In this document: one piece after another, positions 25,497-37,801 of the stretch
How positions within the stretch are numbered: the stretch's first letter is position 1
Layout of the letters: each line of letters begins with the position of its first letter
Source: Octopus sinensis
Taxonomy: Eukaryota
Assembly: GCF_006345805.1 (NCBI RefSeq)
Contig: NC_043018.1
Coordinates: 16,120,001-16,184,000 of the forward strand
Reading direction: 5' to 3'
Length of the DNA: 64,000 bases
Notes under the pieces: generated by a model
Told to the model about the DNA's origin: nothing
Database searches by the model: none
Seen by the model: only the letters and a program-made list of their open reading frames with translations
Position numbers and translations under genes: made by a program

Positions 25497-25547
<51 letters not shown>

Positions 25548-26259
25548 TGTCCCCCTAGCATTGCTTGACAACCGATGCTGGCGTGTTTATGTCCCCGTAA
25601 CTTAGCGGTTCGGCAAAAGGGACCGATAGAATAAGTACTGGGCTTACAAAACGAATAAGTCCCGGGGTCGAGTTGCTCGATTAAAGGCAGTGCTCCAGCA
25701 TGGCCACAGTCAAACGACTGAAACAAGTAGAAGAGTAAACCAAGCCAGGCCAAGCCATGGAACTTGGTGTGGCCCCAGGCCTTGCCAATCCCTGTCAAAG
25801 CTGTCCAAACTATGTCAGTATGCAAAACGGATGTTAGATGTTGATGATGATGTTCCGATGGGGTGGTCGTGTGGTTAAGAAGTTTACCTCCCGACCACAT
25901 GGTTTCAGGTTCAGTCCTATTTCACAGCACCTCAGGCAACTATTGACCAAAGCTTTGTAAGCGGGTTTGATAGAAAGAAACAGAAGAAAACTTCTGTGTG
26001 TGTGTGTGTGTGTGTGTCTTGTCTCCACGTGGCATGATAGTTGTAAACAAGTGCCATCGTTATGCAAGCAGTGTGATTCAATTCCCAATATTCTTGAGAC
26101 ACATGCATGTGCACACACACACTCTCTCACACAGAGAGGCTTCCTTCAGTTTCTTCCTATCAAGCCCAACTCACAAGGCTTTGGCCAACAGTTGCCCAAG
26201 ATGCAGCAAAATGAGAGAGGTGGGGAGCACAGGCAGGCAGAAAAGCAATAACAACATAC

Positions 26260-26360
26260 CTCGATAATACAAACATCAGGTTCTGCTTTGTCTTCACTGA
26301 CAGGAATTTTGGCAACTCTTTCAACCCATTCTTGGATGGCATCTGTTATGTGGGGGACAA
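26260..26360 (-). CDS. CTPS: CTP synthase, coding exon 3 ([34 protein letters not shown])
   Basis: 101 bp, [11 protein letters not shown] motif, AG/GTATGT ends. Confidence 0.97.
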
Positions 26361-28059
26361 CTGAAAGAGTAAGACAGAATTCACAGACTTAAGAAGACCA
26401 GATGTTGGGGGGGAAAAAAAAGAAAAGGAAGTTCAGAAAAATGGTGGCAGAACAAACAAGAGATTCACAAAAGGAAGGACAGCGAAGAATTAGAGAGGGA
26501 CATTTAGTTGATAGCATCAATTTGAGTACTTGACTGGTATTTTTACCTATTAACCCCAGAAGGACGAAGACATATGTGAAATTAGACCTGAACTAAGAAC
26601 ATCAAATATAGTAAGGCATTTTTTCCAAGGTTCTAAAGATTCTTAGTTAATTCATCACCCTGATGATGGTCGTGGAGGCTTTACAGTCAAACTGACCGCA
26701 TCCTGCCTCTCATGCATAACATACAATGCCATTCTAAAACTAAGCAATCACATCATCGAAGCCACAAAGCTGTGAGATAATGCAGGATTAATTCAAAACC
26801 ATGTGAATAGAGGCATAGCTGTGCAGTAAGAAGCTTGCTTCCCAACCACATGGTTCTGGGTTCAGTCCCACTGCATGGCACCTTGGGCAAGTGTCTTCTG
26901 CTATAGCTTCAGGTTGACCAAACCTTGTTAGTGGATTTGGTAGACGGAAACTGAATGAAGCCAGTCGTATATACATAGGTGTGTGTGTGTGTGTTTGTCC
27001 CCCCCACCATAGCTTGACAACCAATGTTGGTATACCCCCCCACTATAGCTTGTCTCTCACCATAGCTTGACAACCGGTGTTATGTTCCTGTAACATAGCA
27101 ATTCACGTACACACACACAATTCATAGAGAGAGAATGACAGAATGACACACAGACACACACCCACGTCCATACATGTGCACACACATTCTCACTCTGCCC
27201 CCACCCCCACTCCACCACACACAAAGCAACAGAACGACACAAAAATAGACATACACACACACACACTCATACACGTGCACACAGACCCATACGTTTTACT
27301 CACCTACTCATTTCCACTGTCCACACACACTTCAGACTACACACATGCATCCACACACCCTTCAGACAACATAGTTACAATGTGAACCTCTAAATCACAT
27401 GGCCATACTTGCACTTACATAAATAGGGGTTTTTTTGGAGGGGGTTTAACTATCACTCCATTTCTTTAGTTAAAGGTTTTTCCTTGAGACTACTTCAAAA
27501 CTGGAAGTTTGAACCAGGGAACCAGGAGCAATTGTGGGGTGGGGTTCGGAGGCCTGAGGTAACCCAACATGAACTAAAGATCGATCTTCAACCGATGTAA
27601 CCCAAATGACAATCACAGATTTGACCCTTTAACATTCAGATTACTGTCAAATGCTCTGCATATTCATTCACATTGTTTTCAATTAACTATGCAGATAGCT
27701 CACAGCTTGCGAGATTCCGATGACTGTTTCTGATGTGAATGACATTGTCAGGTAGGTGTGAAAGGTCAGACTTGGCAGGTTTGAACATTTTGGGCTAGAT
27801 AAGGCAGGTTTCAATGCTAAAGACATCCTGCATTATCTCAGATCTGATGTAACCGTTCAGTTTTTAGGACACTAGGGTAGATGTAAGAGGCTGGGTCTGG
27901 CCGGTTTGAACATAAAACACAATATTTTGGCCAGATATGGTTGGTCCGAGTGCTAACGGTTTAACTGTCTAGCATTCAGATTATTCTGTCAAGTGCGATG
28001 CTTATCCATGTTGTTTCGAATTAATCATGCATTATCTCAATGCTTTGAGATTTCAAATA

Positions 28060-28479
28060 CGAAACAACCGAACAAACTCAGACACAACAGAGGCCTAAAT
28101 CAAGTGCCTGGAGGAGGTAGTGCTGCCCTGGCGAAGAGGGTGACTGCTGGAAGACCTTATGTCTGGCAACAGGACTCTGCATCATGCAACACAAGCTGGA
28201 GAACCCAGTCATGGCTGTTTGGTAATTTCTGCAAACACGCTACCCTTAACATCTGGCCACCTAACTTCCCAGACTGCAAGCCCCTTGATTATTATGTGTG
28301 GGGAGTAGTTGAGCGAGAGACCACGAAAACTCCTTGTAACACCAAAGATGAACTGAAGGCAATGATTATGGCAGCAACTTAAACCAAACTTAAACAAGGA
28401 GACCGTCCAAAAGAGTTGCAAGAGATTCCGAAGTAGTGTGGAAGGTGCAGTTAAAGCCAAAGGTAATTTTATTGAATAA
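28060..28479 (+). pseudogene. Decayed Tc1/mariner (DD37D, maT-like) transposase C-terminal fragment
   Basis: YVWQQDSA...WPPNFPDCKPLDYYVWG with 37 residues between the two Asp; frameshifts and stops. Confidence 0.8.
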
Positions 28480-28662
28480 ATTTACTCTTTAGTATTTCAA
28501 GATATCTTTATGTAATTTTGGTTGTTAAAATGTGATTGTTTAGGATTTGAATAACATTGTCAAGTAGGTGTGAAAGGTCAGATCTGGCCAGATTGAATAT
28601 AAGACAGAATATTTGAGCTGGATGTGGCCTGTTAAATGATTCTATCAGATATGTCTGCCATA

Positions 28663-28737
28663 TGATGTGACTCAGTACAAATTTGTCTTCAGATATCAGA
28701 ATACGTTCACTGGTATAAAGTCATCACTGTCACATCA
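28663..28737 (-). ncRNA. Intronic box C/D snoRNA candidate, copy 1
   Basis: 9-bp perfect terminal stem TGATGTGAC/GTCACATCA, box C GTGATGA, D-prime CTGA, C-prime TGAAGA, box D CTGA; same strand as CTPS; paralog at 42395-42464. Confidence 0.8.
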
Positions 28738-29211
28738 CGTCTCTGGTTCCTGCTAGAGACACACAGCAGAAATATTGATAAAAAATAAAAACAGGGGAGT
28801 TTTAAGTGCAACTCTGTCAACACAATGCAACATAGCTTTAAAAAAAAAAAACCATTATACAATATAGTTTATTGTTTTGTCATTTGTGTGTGCGTATGTC
28901 TTTCAACACAGAGACAAGGTAACACAAGCTTTAAAAAAGACTTTCACAATAATTATAGGGAGCTGCTGTTGTAGCTGAGAGAAAAATTCCAAGAGAGATA
29001 GAGTGTGTGTGTGTGTGTGTGTGTGTGTATGAGTGAAAGATAGGTAGTGTTGTCACCATAGTAACTATTTATACTTTCACCATATAACAGTCTGTAGAAA
29101 CAATGTACATGCATGATTAACAAATATTTTTACTGGCAGTGTAGCGACAGGTAAAGACCAAGCCGTCCATTTCAATTGCATACATTGATTAAACAATCAA
29201 CCGGTTTCTAC

Positions 29212-29382
29212 CTTGCACAGTTTTCCCTAAATAATCTCCAGTGCGTTCTCTGTTTATAACTTGCTGGTATATCTTTCCAGTCGTTATGTTGTTGTCCCTG
29301 TGAAGGGTGATGTTGAGGAATCGTTCATAGTTGCCCAAGTCAAGATCAACCTCACCGCCATCGTCCAAGACAAACACTTCAC
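29212..29382 (-). CDS. CTPS: CTP synthase, coding exon 2 ([22 protein letters not shown]...GDYLGKTVQ)
   Basis: 171 bp, [10 protein letters not shown] signature, AG/GT ends. Confidence 0.98.
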
Positions 29383-31315
29383 CTGAATTAAGAAAAAAAA
29401 AACAGAGAATTAAGAAAGGTCATTATGGCATTGTTGCATTTATTATGTTCTGTGAAATGGGAAGAAACAGACAGTGTTGTTCAGATACAAGACAAATGTT
29501 TGGTGCTTACCGGCTTTCAAAGAAAGCAATTCAAACCCCTGTCATATATCACATTTTTTTGTTTTTTTAGAAAAAAGATATCACTCCATATCTTTTTTCT
29601 AAAAAAAAAAAAGATGTAATCTCTCTCTATATAAACGGCAGTTTGTCTGTGTGTGTTTCTGTGTGTCTGTTAGGTTGTACCCTCACCCTGACCACGGCTT
29701 TCAACCGATTCTGATGAAACTTGACACACACATAGCCCAATGTCATAATTCAAAACTAACGCAACGAAAATTTTGAAAAGTTCCCCCAGTTCTGAAAAAA
29801 ATCGATTAATTCGACATGGGGTCGAGAATCAGAAACACAAACCACAGACTGTCTAGGGGACGCAACCCCACCTTTTTAACTCTCAAAAAAATTTAACCAT
29901 TTTTTTGGCTATAACTCTCTAAAAATGCTTTATAGTTATTTCCCTTACAAACCCGAGCAACGCCGGGCGATACTGCTAGTATACACTAAAAGATCAACAC
30001 TAATCCATTTAAAAATTAATCTCCTTTAGACACAAGGCTAGAAATTGAGCGAAAGGGGCTAGAATGGACCCCAGTACTTGACTGATTAATTTATTGATCC
30101 CTAAAAAGGATGAGAGGCAAAGCTTTTCTCGACAAAATTTGAACTCAGAATAGAAAGAGTCAGAAACATTGACACAAAGAATTTTGTCCAGCATGCTAAC
30201 GAGTCTGCTTACTCATCAACTACATTAATCAATAATGAAGTTGATGACATATACTCATCATCATCGTTTAACATCCGCTTTCCATGCTAGCATGGGTTGG
30301 ACGGTTCAACTGGGGTCTGGCAAGCTCGAAGGCTGCACCAGGCCAGTCAGATCTGGCAGTGTTTCTACAGCTGGATGCCCTTCCTAACGCCAACCACTCT
30401 AAGAGTGTAGTGGGTGCTTTTATGTGCCACTGACACAGGTGCCAGGCGAGGCTGGCAGACGGATGGTGTTTTTTATGTGCCACCGACACAGGTGCCAGAC
30501 GAGGCTGGCGAACGGCCACGCTCGGATGGTGTTTGTTACGTGCCCTCAGCACGGAGGCCAGTCAATGCGGTACTGGCTAACTGTTAAGGAAAAAAAAAAC
30601 GAAAAAAAAGAGTGGCCGTGTGGCAAGAAGCTTGCTTTTCAACCACATGGTTCCAGGTTCAGTCCCACTCCGTGACACCTTGGGCAAGTATCTACTATAG
30701 CCTCAAGCCAATCAAAGCCTTGTGAGTGGATGCGGTAGACGGAAACTGAATGAAGCTCAGCATAGATGTATGTACATCGCAAATTATGGATAATCATGAA
30801 AGGTTTTTTTTAATTGGTTAACAACAAATTTCCATGGCAACCTAACAGAAAGGCCAATAAAATAGGTGAAGTGACAAGATATCATTGAAATTAATGGGCA
30901 TTGACCTCGTTATCTTATCAGTTGTCATGAGACATTTTGCAATCAGAGCTTAAACCCTTTTAAAACACACCTGAACGAGACCTTTGGTTCTATAATACAA
31001 ACTTCCTGCTTTAACCCTTGAGTTTTTAAACCAGTCATATCAAGCTAATAATATATTATCTGTTTTAGGTTCAAACTGGCCAGATCCAACCTCTCACACC
31101 TATCCTACAATGTCATTCTATAAATATACAATCACAAAGCTATGAGATAATGCCCGACTCATTCAAAATGTTATGAATAAATAAGCATTACATTTGACAG
31201 GGTAAAGGATTAAGGGTTTCAGCCATACTAATCAACCCCAGGACTTTTTTTTTTTTCTTAAAGCCTAGTACTAATTCTATTAGGACAAAGTTATTTCAAT
31301 AATTCTTCGTTATTT

Positions 31316-31991
31316 CCAAAATTAATTGAAACAAGGAGAGTTTTTCAACAGAAATATGGCAACAAATGGGTTAAAATGAGACCATTTGTGTCGAGAACCT
31401 TCCAAAATTAATTGAAACAAGGAGAGTTTTTCAACAGAAATATGGCAACAATGGTTAAAATGAGACCATTTGTGTCGAGAACCTTCCAAAATTAATTGAA
31501 CAAGGAGAGTTTTTCAACAGAAATATGGCAACAATGGTTAAAATGAGACCATTTGTGTCGAGAACCTTCCAAAATTAATTGAAACAAGGAGAGTTTTTCA
31601 ACAGAAATATGGCAACAATGGGTTAAAATGAGACCATTTGTGTCGAGAACCTTCAAAATTAATTGAAACAAGGAGTTTTTCAACAGAAATATGGCAACAA
31701 ATGGGTTAAAATGAGACATTTGTGTCGAGAACCTTCCAAAATTAATTGAAACAAGGAGAGTTTTTCAACAGAAATATGGCAACAAATGGGTTAAAATGAG
31801 ACCATTTGTGTCGAGAACCTTCCAAAATTAATTGAAACAAGGAGAGTTTTTCAACAGAAATATGGCAACAAATGGGTTAAAATGAGACCATTTGTGTCGA
31901 GAACCTTCCAAAATTAATTGAAACAAGGAGAGTTTTTCAACAGAAATATGGCAACAAATGGGTTAAAATGAGACCATTTGTGTCGAGAACC
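31316..31991. repeat. Tandem array, 8 x about 86 bp
   Basis: Unit CCAAAATTAATTGAAACAAGG...GGGTTAAAATGAGACCATTTGTGTCGAGAACCTT starting at about 31316, 31402, 31486, 31569, 31653, 31736, 31822 and 31908. Confidence 0.95.
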
Positions 31992-33332
31992 AGAGATAGC
32001 CTCAAACAGGTTAGTAAACAAGAGGGTTTAGCCCAATATTCCACAAGCTATTATACGTTTATCTACTTCAAAACTCCAATTTATTTTCCTATCTCTTCGG
32101 TTTCTAAATTCTAATGACACAATCTACTTCAATGCCTATTTTTCTTTGTTCCCTATTGTTTGGTACCTTAAATGCTTTTGTTAGCAATTTCAATGGCTGT
32201 CTGTATTTCTCTCCTGTTATCAATAAACAGCCAGGCTTATCACCAACGTCACTAAACCTCAAGCATTTTTATCTGCTCTTCAGAGATACGATTGGTAGCA
32301 TTCACAAAACCTAATCACAGAAGTAAAACTACAACAGAGAATCATTACACTGTACTTCTGTATTGAGTACTTCAACTTTACCTTTCTTCTTATTGTTCAC
32401 CTGTTTCAGTCAGCGGACTGCGTCCATGTTGGGGCACCGCCTTGAAGAATTTTTAGTCAAAGGAATCAACCCCGCCAGGACTTATAATTTTAAAGCCTGG
32501 TACTTATTCTGTCAGTCGCCTTTGCCAAACTGCTAAGTTACAGGGACATAAACACACCAACACCAGTTGTCAGGTAGTGATGGGGGTGGGGGAATAAACA
32601 GAGACACAAAGACAGACACACACAGATATATATGTATTTATGTATGATGGGCTTCTTTCAGTTTCCATCTACCATATCTACTCACTTTGATCGGCCTGAA
32701 GCTAGAGTAGAAGGCACTTGCCCAAGTTACCACACAATGGGATTGAACCCAGAACCATGTGGTTGGGAAGCAAACTTCTTACCACACAGCCATGCTTGTA
32801 CCATTTGCTAACCATTTTTTCCACAAGTTAACCCTTTAGCATTTAAACCGACCACATCCTGCCCAAATATTCTCCCCAGTTTTATACTCAAATCAGCTAG
32901 ATCCTACCTCTCACACCTACCCTACATTGCCATTCTAAAAATATCCAATCATATCATCGAAATCGAATTGAACCAGCCAGGATCCCTGGTCTGGTGGTAC
33001 ATAAAAAGCACTATCCAACTCGTGGCCGATGCCAGCGCCGCCTCGACTGGCTTCCGTGCCGGTAGCACATAAAATACACCAATCCGACCGTGGCCGTTGC
33101 CAGCCTCGCCTGGCACCTGTGCAGGTGGCATGTAAAAAGCACCCACTACACTCACGGAGTGGTTGGCGTTAGGAAGGGCATCCAGCTGTAGAAACATTGC
33201 CAGATAAGACTGGAGCCTGGTGCAGCCTTCTGGCTTCCCAGATGCCCAGTCGAACCGTCCAACCCATGGAGAATGGACGTTAAACGATGATGATGATCAT
33301 CAAAAACACTGAAGCTACAAGATAACGCACAA

Positions 33333-33847
33333 TTATGCAAAACAATGACAAAAAAAAATTAATCAGAATGGCAATTGCTCGTTATTCAGAGATGGAATAA
33401 ATCTACATTTCAAGTATTCACGAGAACTGAAAGCACTTTATTTTCCCCACTTGTTCTAAATTTTTAAAAGGATGACAGACAACAATCGGATATAATTACA
33501 TCACTAAACAAAATGGACATCAAAATATAGGAAAACAAGACTGCACATCTAAAAAAAATACTATTTAAACCGAAAATATAACATTAAAAATTAATTGTTC
33601 TTGTCCAAACATGTTTTTAAGCACAATATTTACTCATACTCTTTACTCTTTTACTTGTTTCAGTCATTTTGACTGCAGCCATGCTGGAGCACTGCCTTTA
33701 GTCGAGCGAATCGGCCCCCAGGACTTATTCTTTGTAAGCCCAGTACTTATTCTATCGGTTTCTTTTGCCGAACTGCTAAGTGACGGGGACGTAAACACAC
33801 CAGCATTGGTTGTCAAGCAACGCTAGGGGGACAAACACAGACACACA

Positions 33848-33905
<58 letters not shown>

Positions 33906-34812
33906 TATATATACGACAGGCTTCTTTTCAGTTTCCGTCTACCAAATCCACTCACAAGGCATTGGTTGGCCCGGGGCTATAGCAGAAGACACTTGCCCAA
34001 GATGCCACGCAGTGGGACTGAACCCGGAACCATGTGGTTGGTTAGCAAGCTACTTTACCACACAGCCACTCCTGTGCCTATCTTCCATTTTATTATAATA
34101 TCCTTTACTAGTTTGACCATGTGTAATATTACCACTATTATAGGTAAAATTTAGTGGGTTATGCGACTTCACGGCACCCCCTAAAGCCTTATAGACACCC
34201 CATGCCTCCTTGGCAGTAGGGAGAGAATTTGTCTTAGACGAAGAGCAAAACATGGTTAAGGAAAATCAACAAAGGTTACATAATTAAATAGCAGTTATGC
34301 AAAACAATGACAAAAAAAAATTAATCAGAATGGCAATTGCTCGTTATTCAGAGATGGAATAAATCTACATTTCAAGTATTCACGAGAACTGAAAGCACTT
34401 TATTTTCCCCACTTGTTCTAAATTTTTAAAAGGATGACAGACAACAATCGGATATAATTACATCACTAAACAAAATGGACATCAAAATATAGGAAAACAA
34501 GACTGCACATCTAAAAAAAATACTATTTAAACCGAAAATATAACATTAAAAATTAATTGTTCTTGTCCAAACATGTTTTTAAGCACAATATTTACTCATA
34601 CTCTTTACTCTTTTACTTGTTTCAGTCATTTTGACTGCGGCCATGCTGGAGCACTGCCTTTAGTCGAGCGAATCGGCCCTCAGGACTTATTCTTTGTAAG
34701 CCCAGTACTTATTCTATCGGTTTCTTTTGCCGAACTGCTAAGTGACGGGGACGTAAACACACCAGCATTGGTTGTCAAGCAACGCTAGGGGGACAAACAC
34801 AGACACACAAAC

Positions 34813-34851
<39 letters not shown>

Positions 34852-35244
34852 TATATATACGACAGGCTTCTTTTCAGTTTCCGTCTACCAAATCCACTCA
34901 CAAGGCATTGGTTGGCCCGGGGCTATAGCAGAAGACACTTGCCCAAGATGCCACACAGTGGGACTGAACCCGGAACCATGTGGTTGGTTAGCAAGCTACT
35001 TTACCACACAGCCACTCCTGTGCCTATCTTCCATTTTATTATAATATCCTTTACTAGTTTGACCATGTGTAATATTACCACTATTATAGGTAAAATTTAG
35101 TGGGTTATGCAACTTCACGGCACCCCCTAAAGCCTTATAGATACCCCATGCCTCCTTGGCAGTAGGGAGAGAATTTGTCTTAGACGAAGAGCAAAACATG
35201 GTTAAGGAAAATCAACAAAGGTTACATAATTAAATAGCAGTTAT
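33333..35244. repeat. Tandem segmental duplication, 2 x about 955 bp
   Basis: 33333-34294 and 34295-35240 are near-identical; TTAT microhomology at all three boundaries. Confidence 0.9.
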
Positions 35245-36350
35245 CGTCATCATCATTGTTTAACGTCTGTTTTCCGTGCTAGCATGGGTTGGACGGTTCA
35301 ACCGGGGTCTGGGAAGCCAGGAGGCTGCAACAGGTTCCAGTCTGATCTTGCAGTGTTTCTACAGCTGGATGCCCTTCCTAATACCAACCACTCCATGAGT
35401 GTAGTGGGTGCTTTTTACGTGCCAGGGGAGGCTGGCAGCGGCCACGATCGGTTGGTGCTTTTTACTTTGCCACCAGCACAGAAGCCAGTCAAGGCGGCGA
35501 TATACACAAATACTCACACACACACACAATGACACTCATATACATGCACACAAATACACACATCTACACATACACCAAAACACATAGGCACGCACAAATT
35601 CACACCTACACCAACACATACATGTGCACACATCCACCAATACACATGTAAGCACGTGCACACAAATATATATGCATACACCAACACACACACAAACATA
35701 AAAACCAAAAGATCAGATAAAGATTCTACAACACACACACACAGGTTACAGAAGTACTACTACATACAGACACCTGCACACAAATACACACACAGGCACA
35801 TGCATTATATACACACACACACACACACACACAATAACGAACCTGATCACAACAACAGCTGTCTGATAACCCATGTTAATTGTGCCTCCCACAACGACCT
35901 TTATCTTGCCAACCATTTCATCGATCGAATCTTGTTTTTTTTCTTCTCTATTCTAATTTACTTGTCCCAGCCATCAGAGCGCGGCCATGCTGGGGCATTG
36001 CCTTGCAAAATTTTTAGTCAAATAAAAATCAATTTCAAAGTCTGGGACATATTTTGTTTTTTTTTTGCCTCACCTCTTCAGGTTACAAGGTCGTAAAACA
36101 AAACTAACACCTGTCGCCAGGTTGACGGGGGGGGGGGGGGCAAACACAGCCAGGAAGGCAGACAAATATATATATATATGTATAGGCATGGGTGTGTAGG
36201 AAGAAGCTTGCTTCCCTACATCAAGATTTTGGGTTCAGTCCTACTGCGTAGCACCTTGGACAGGTGTTCTCCACAATAGCCTCAGGGTCAACCGAAGGCT
36301 TGCGAGTGTGGATTTGGTAGATGGAAACTGAAAGGAGCCAGTCATATATA

Positions 36351-36391
<41 letters not shown>

Positions 36392-37131
36392 TTGGCGACG
36401 AGCTGGCAGAAACGTTAGCATGCCGGGCGAAATGCTTAGCAGTATTTCGTCTGCCGATGTCCACTTTGCTTTTCATCCTTTCGGGGTCGATAAATTAAGT
36501 ACCAGTTACGCACTTGGGTCGATGTAATCGACTTAATCCGTTTGTCTGTCCTTGTTTGTCCCCTGTGTTTAGCCCCTTGTGGGTAGTAAAGAAATATATA
36601 TATCATCATCATCATCATCGTTTAGCGTCCGTTTTCCATGCTAGCATGGGTTAGACGGTTCTACTGGGGTCTGTGAAGCCAGAAGGCTTTACCAGGCCCA
36701 GTCAAATCTGGCAGTGTTTCTACAGCTGGATGCCCTTCCTAACGCCAACCACTCCGTGAGTGTAGTTATATATTTATATATACATACATACATACACACA
36801 CACACACAGTGGGCCAAAAGTCAAAGCCTGATTGCAATTTATGGACAAATGATGCCGGCTTCAGTTGCATCTACGGCATTTTTAAACTTTTAGCATACCC
36901 TCCTGGACATACATATATATATCTTTTACTTGTTTCAGTCATTTGACTGCGGCCATGCTGGAGCACCGCCTTTAGTCGAGCAAATCGACCCCGGGACTTA
37001 TTCTTTGTAAAGCCCAGTACTTATTCTATCAGTCTCTTTTTGCTGAACCGCTAAGTAACGGGGACGTAAACACACCAGCATCGGTTGTCAAGCAATGCTA
37101 GGGGGACAAGCACAGACACACACAAACATAT

Positions 37132-37176
<45 letters not shown>

Positions 37177-37606
37177 TATATACAACAGGCTTCTTTCAGT
37201 TTCCATCAACCAAATCCACTCACAAGGCATTGGTCGGCCCGGGGTTATAGTAGAAGACACTTGCCCAAGGTGCCACGTAGTGGGACTGAACCCGGAACCA
37301 TGTGGTTGGTAAGCAAGCTACTTACCACACAGCCACTCATATATATATATAACGTTGTGTGTGTGTGTATGTATATATATGTATATATGTATGTACAAGA
37401 GTAAATTTGTTAGTTTAATTACAATTATATAGCAATTATAAACAGCTAGTATATATATAGACCAATATTTATACACAACTATTATATATTACATCTGATA
37501 TTATATAATATATATAAAATAAATAGCAGCTTGCAAGGTTTCACCAAAAAAAGGAGAATTACAAATGTCGCTAAATGTGATTAGGGTGTCAGGAAACACC
37601 TACATT

Positions 37607-37801
37607 GCTAGAAATAAGAGCTAAACCACTCTAATGTTGTAGTTTAATGCACATGAATGAAAACCTATCCCCTAACTGGGACCATAATCATTCAAAGTGC
37701 CGATTGCAGCACCCTTCGGACGATTATAATCCCTGTTAGGGTATGTTTTGATTCATGTGCATTAACTACAGCATTAGAGCAGTTTAGCTCTTATTTCTAG
37801 C
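37607..37801. mobile_element. Palindromic MITE-like element
   Basis: About 85-bp imperfect inverted arms GCTAGAAATAAGAGCTAAAC...GTTTAGCTCTTATTTCTAGC. Confidence 0.65.

Noticed and set aside
31316-31991. Regularly spaced repeats resembling a CRISPR array
   Set aside because: The units are contiguous and identical with no unique spacers; there are no cas genes and the context is eukaryotic
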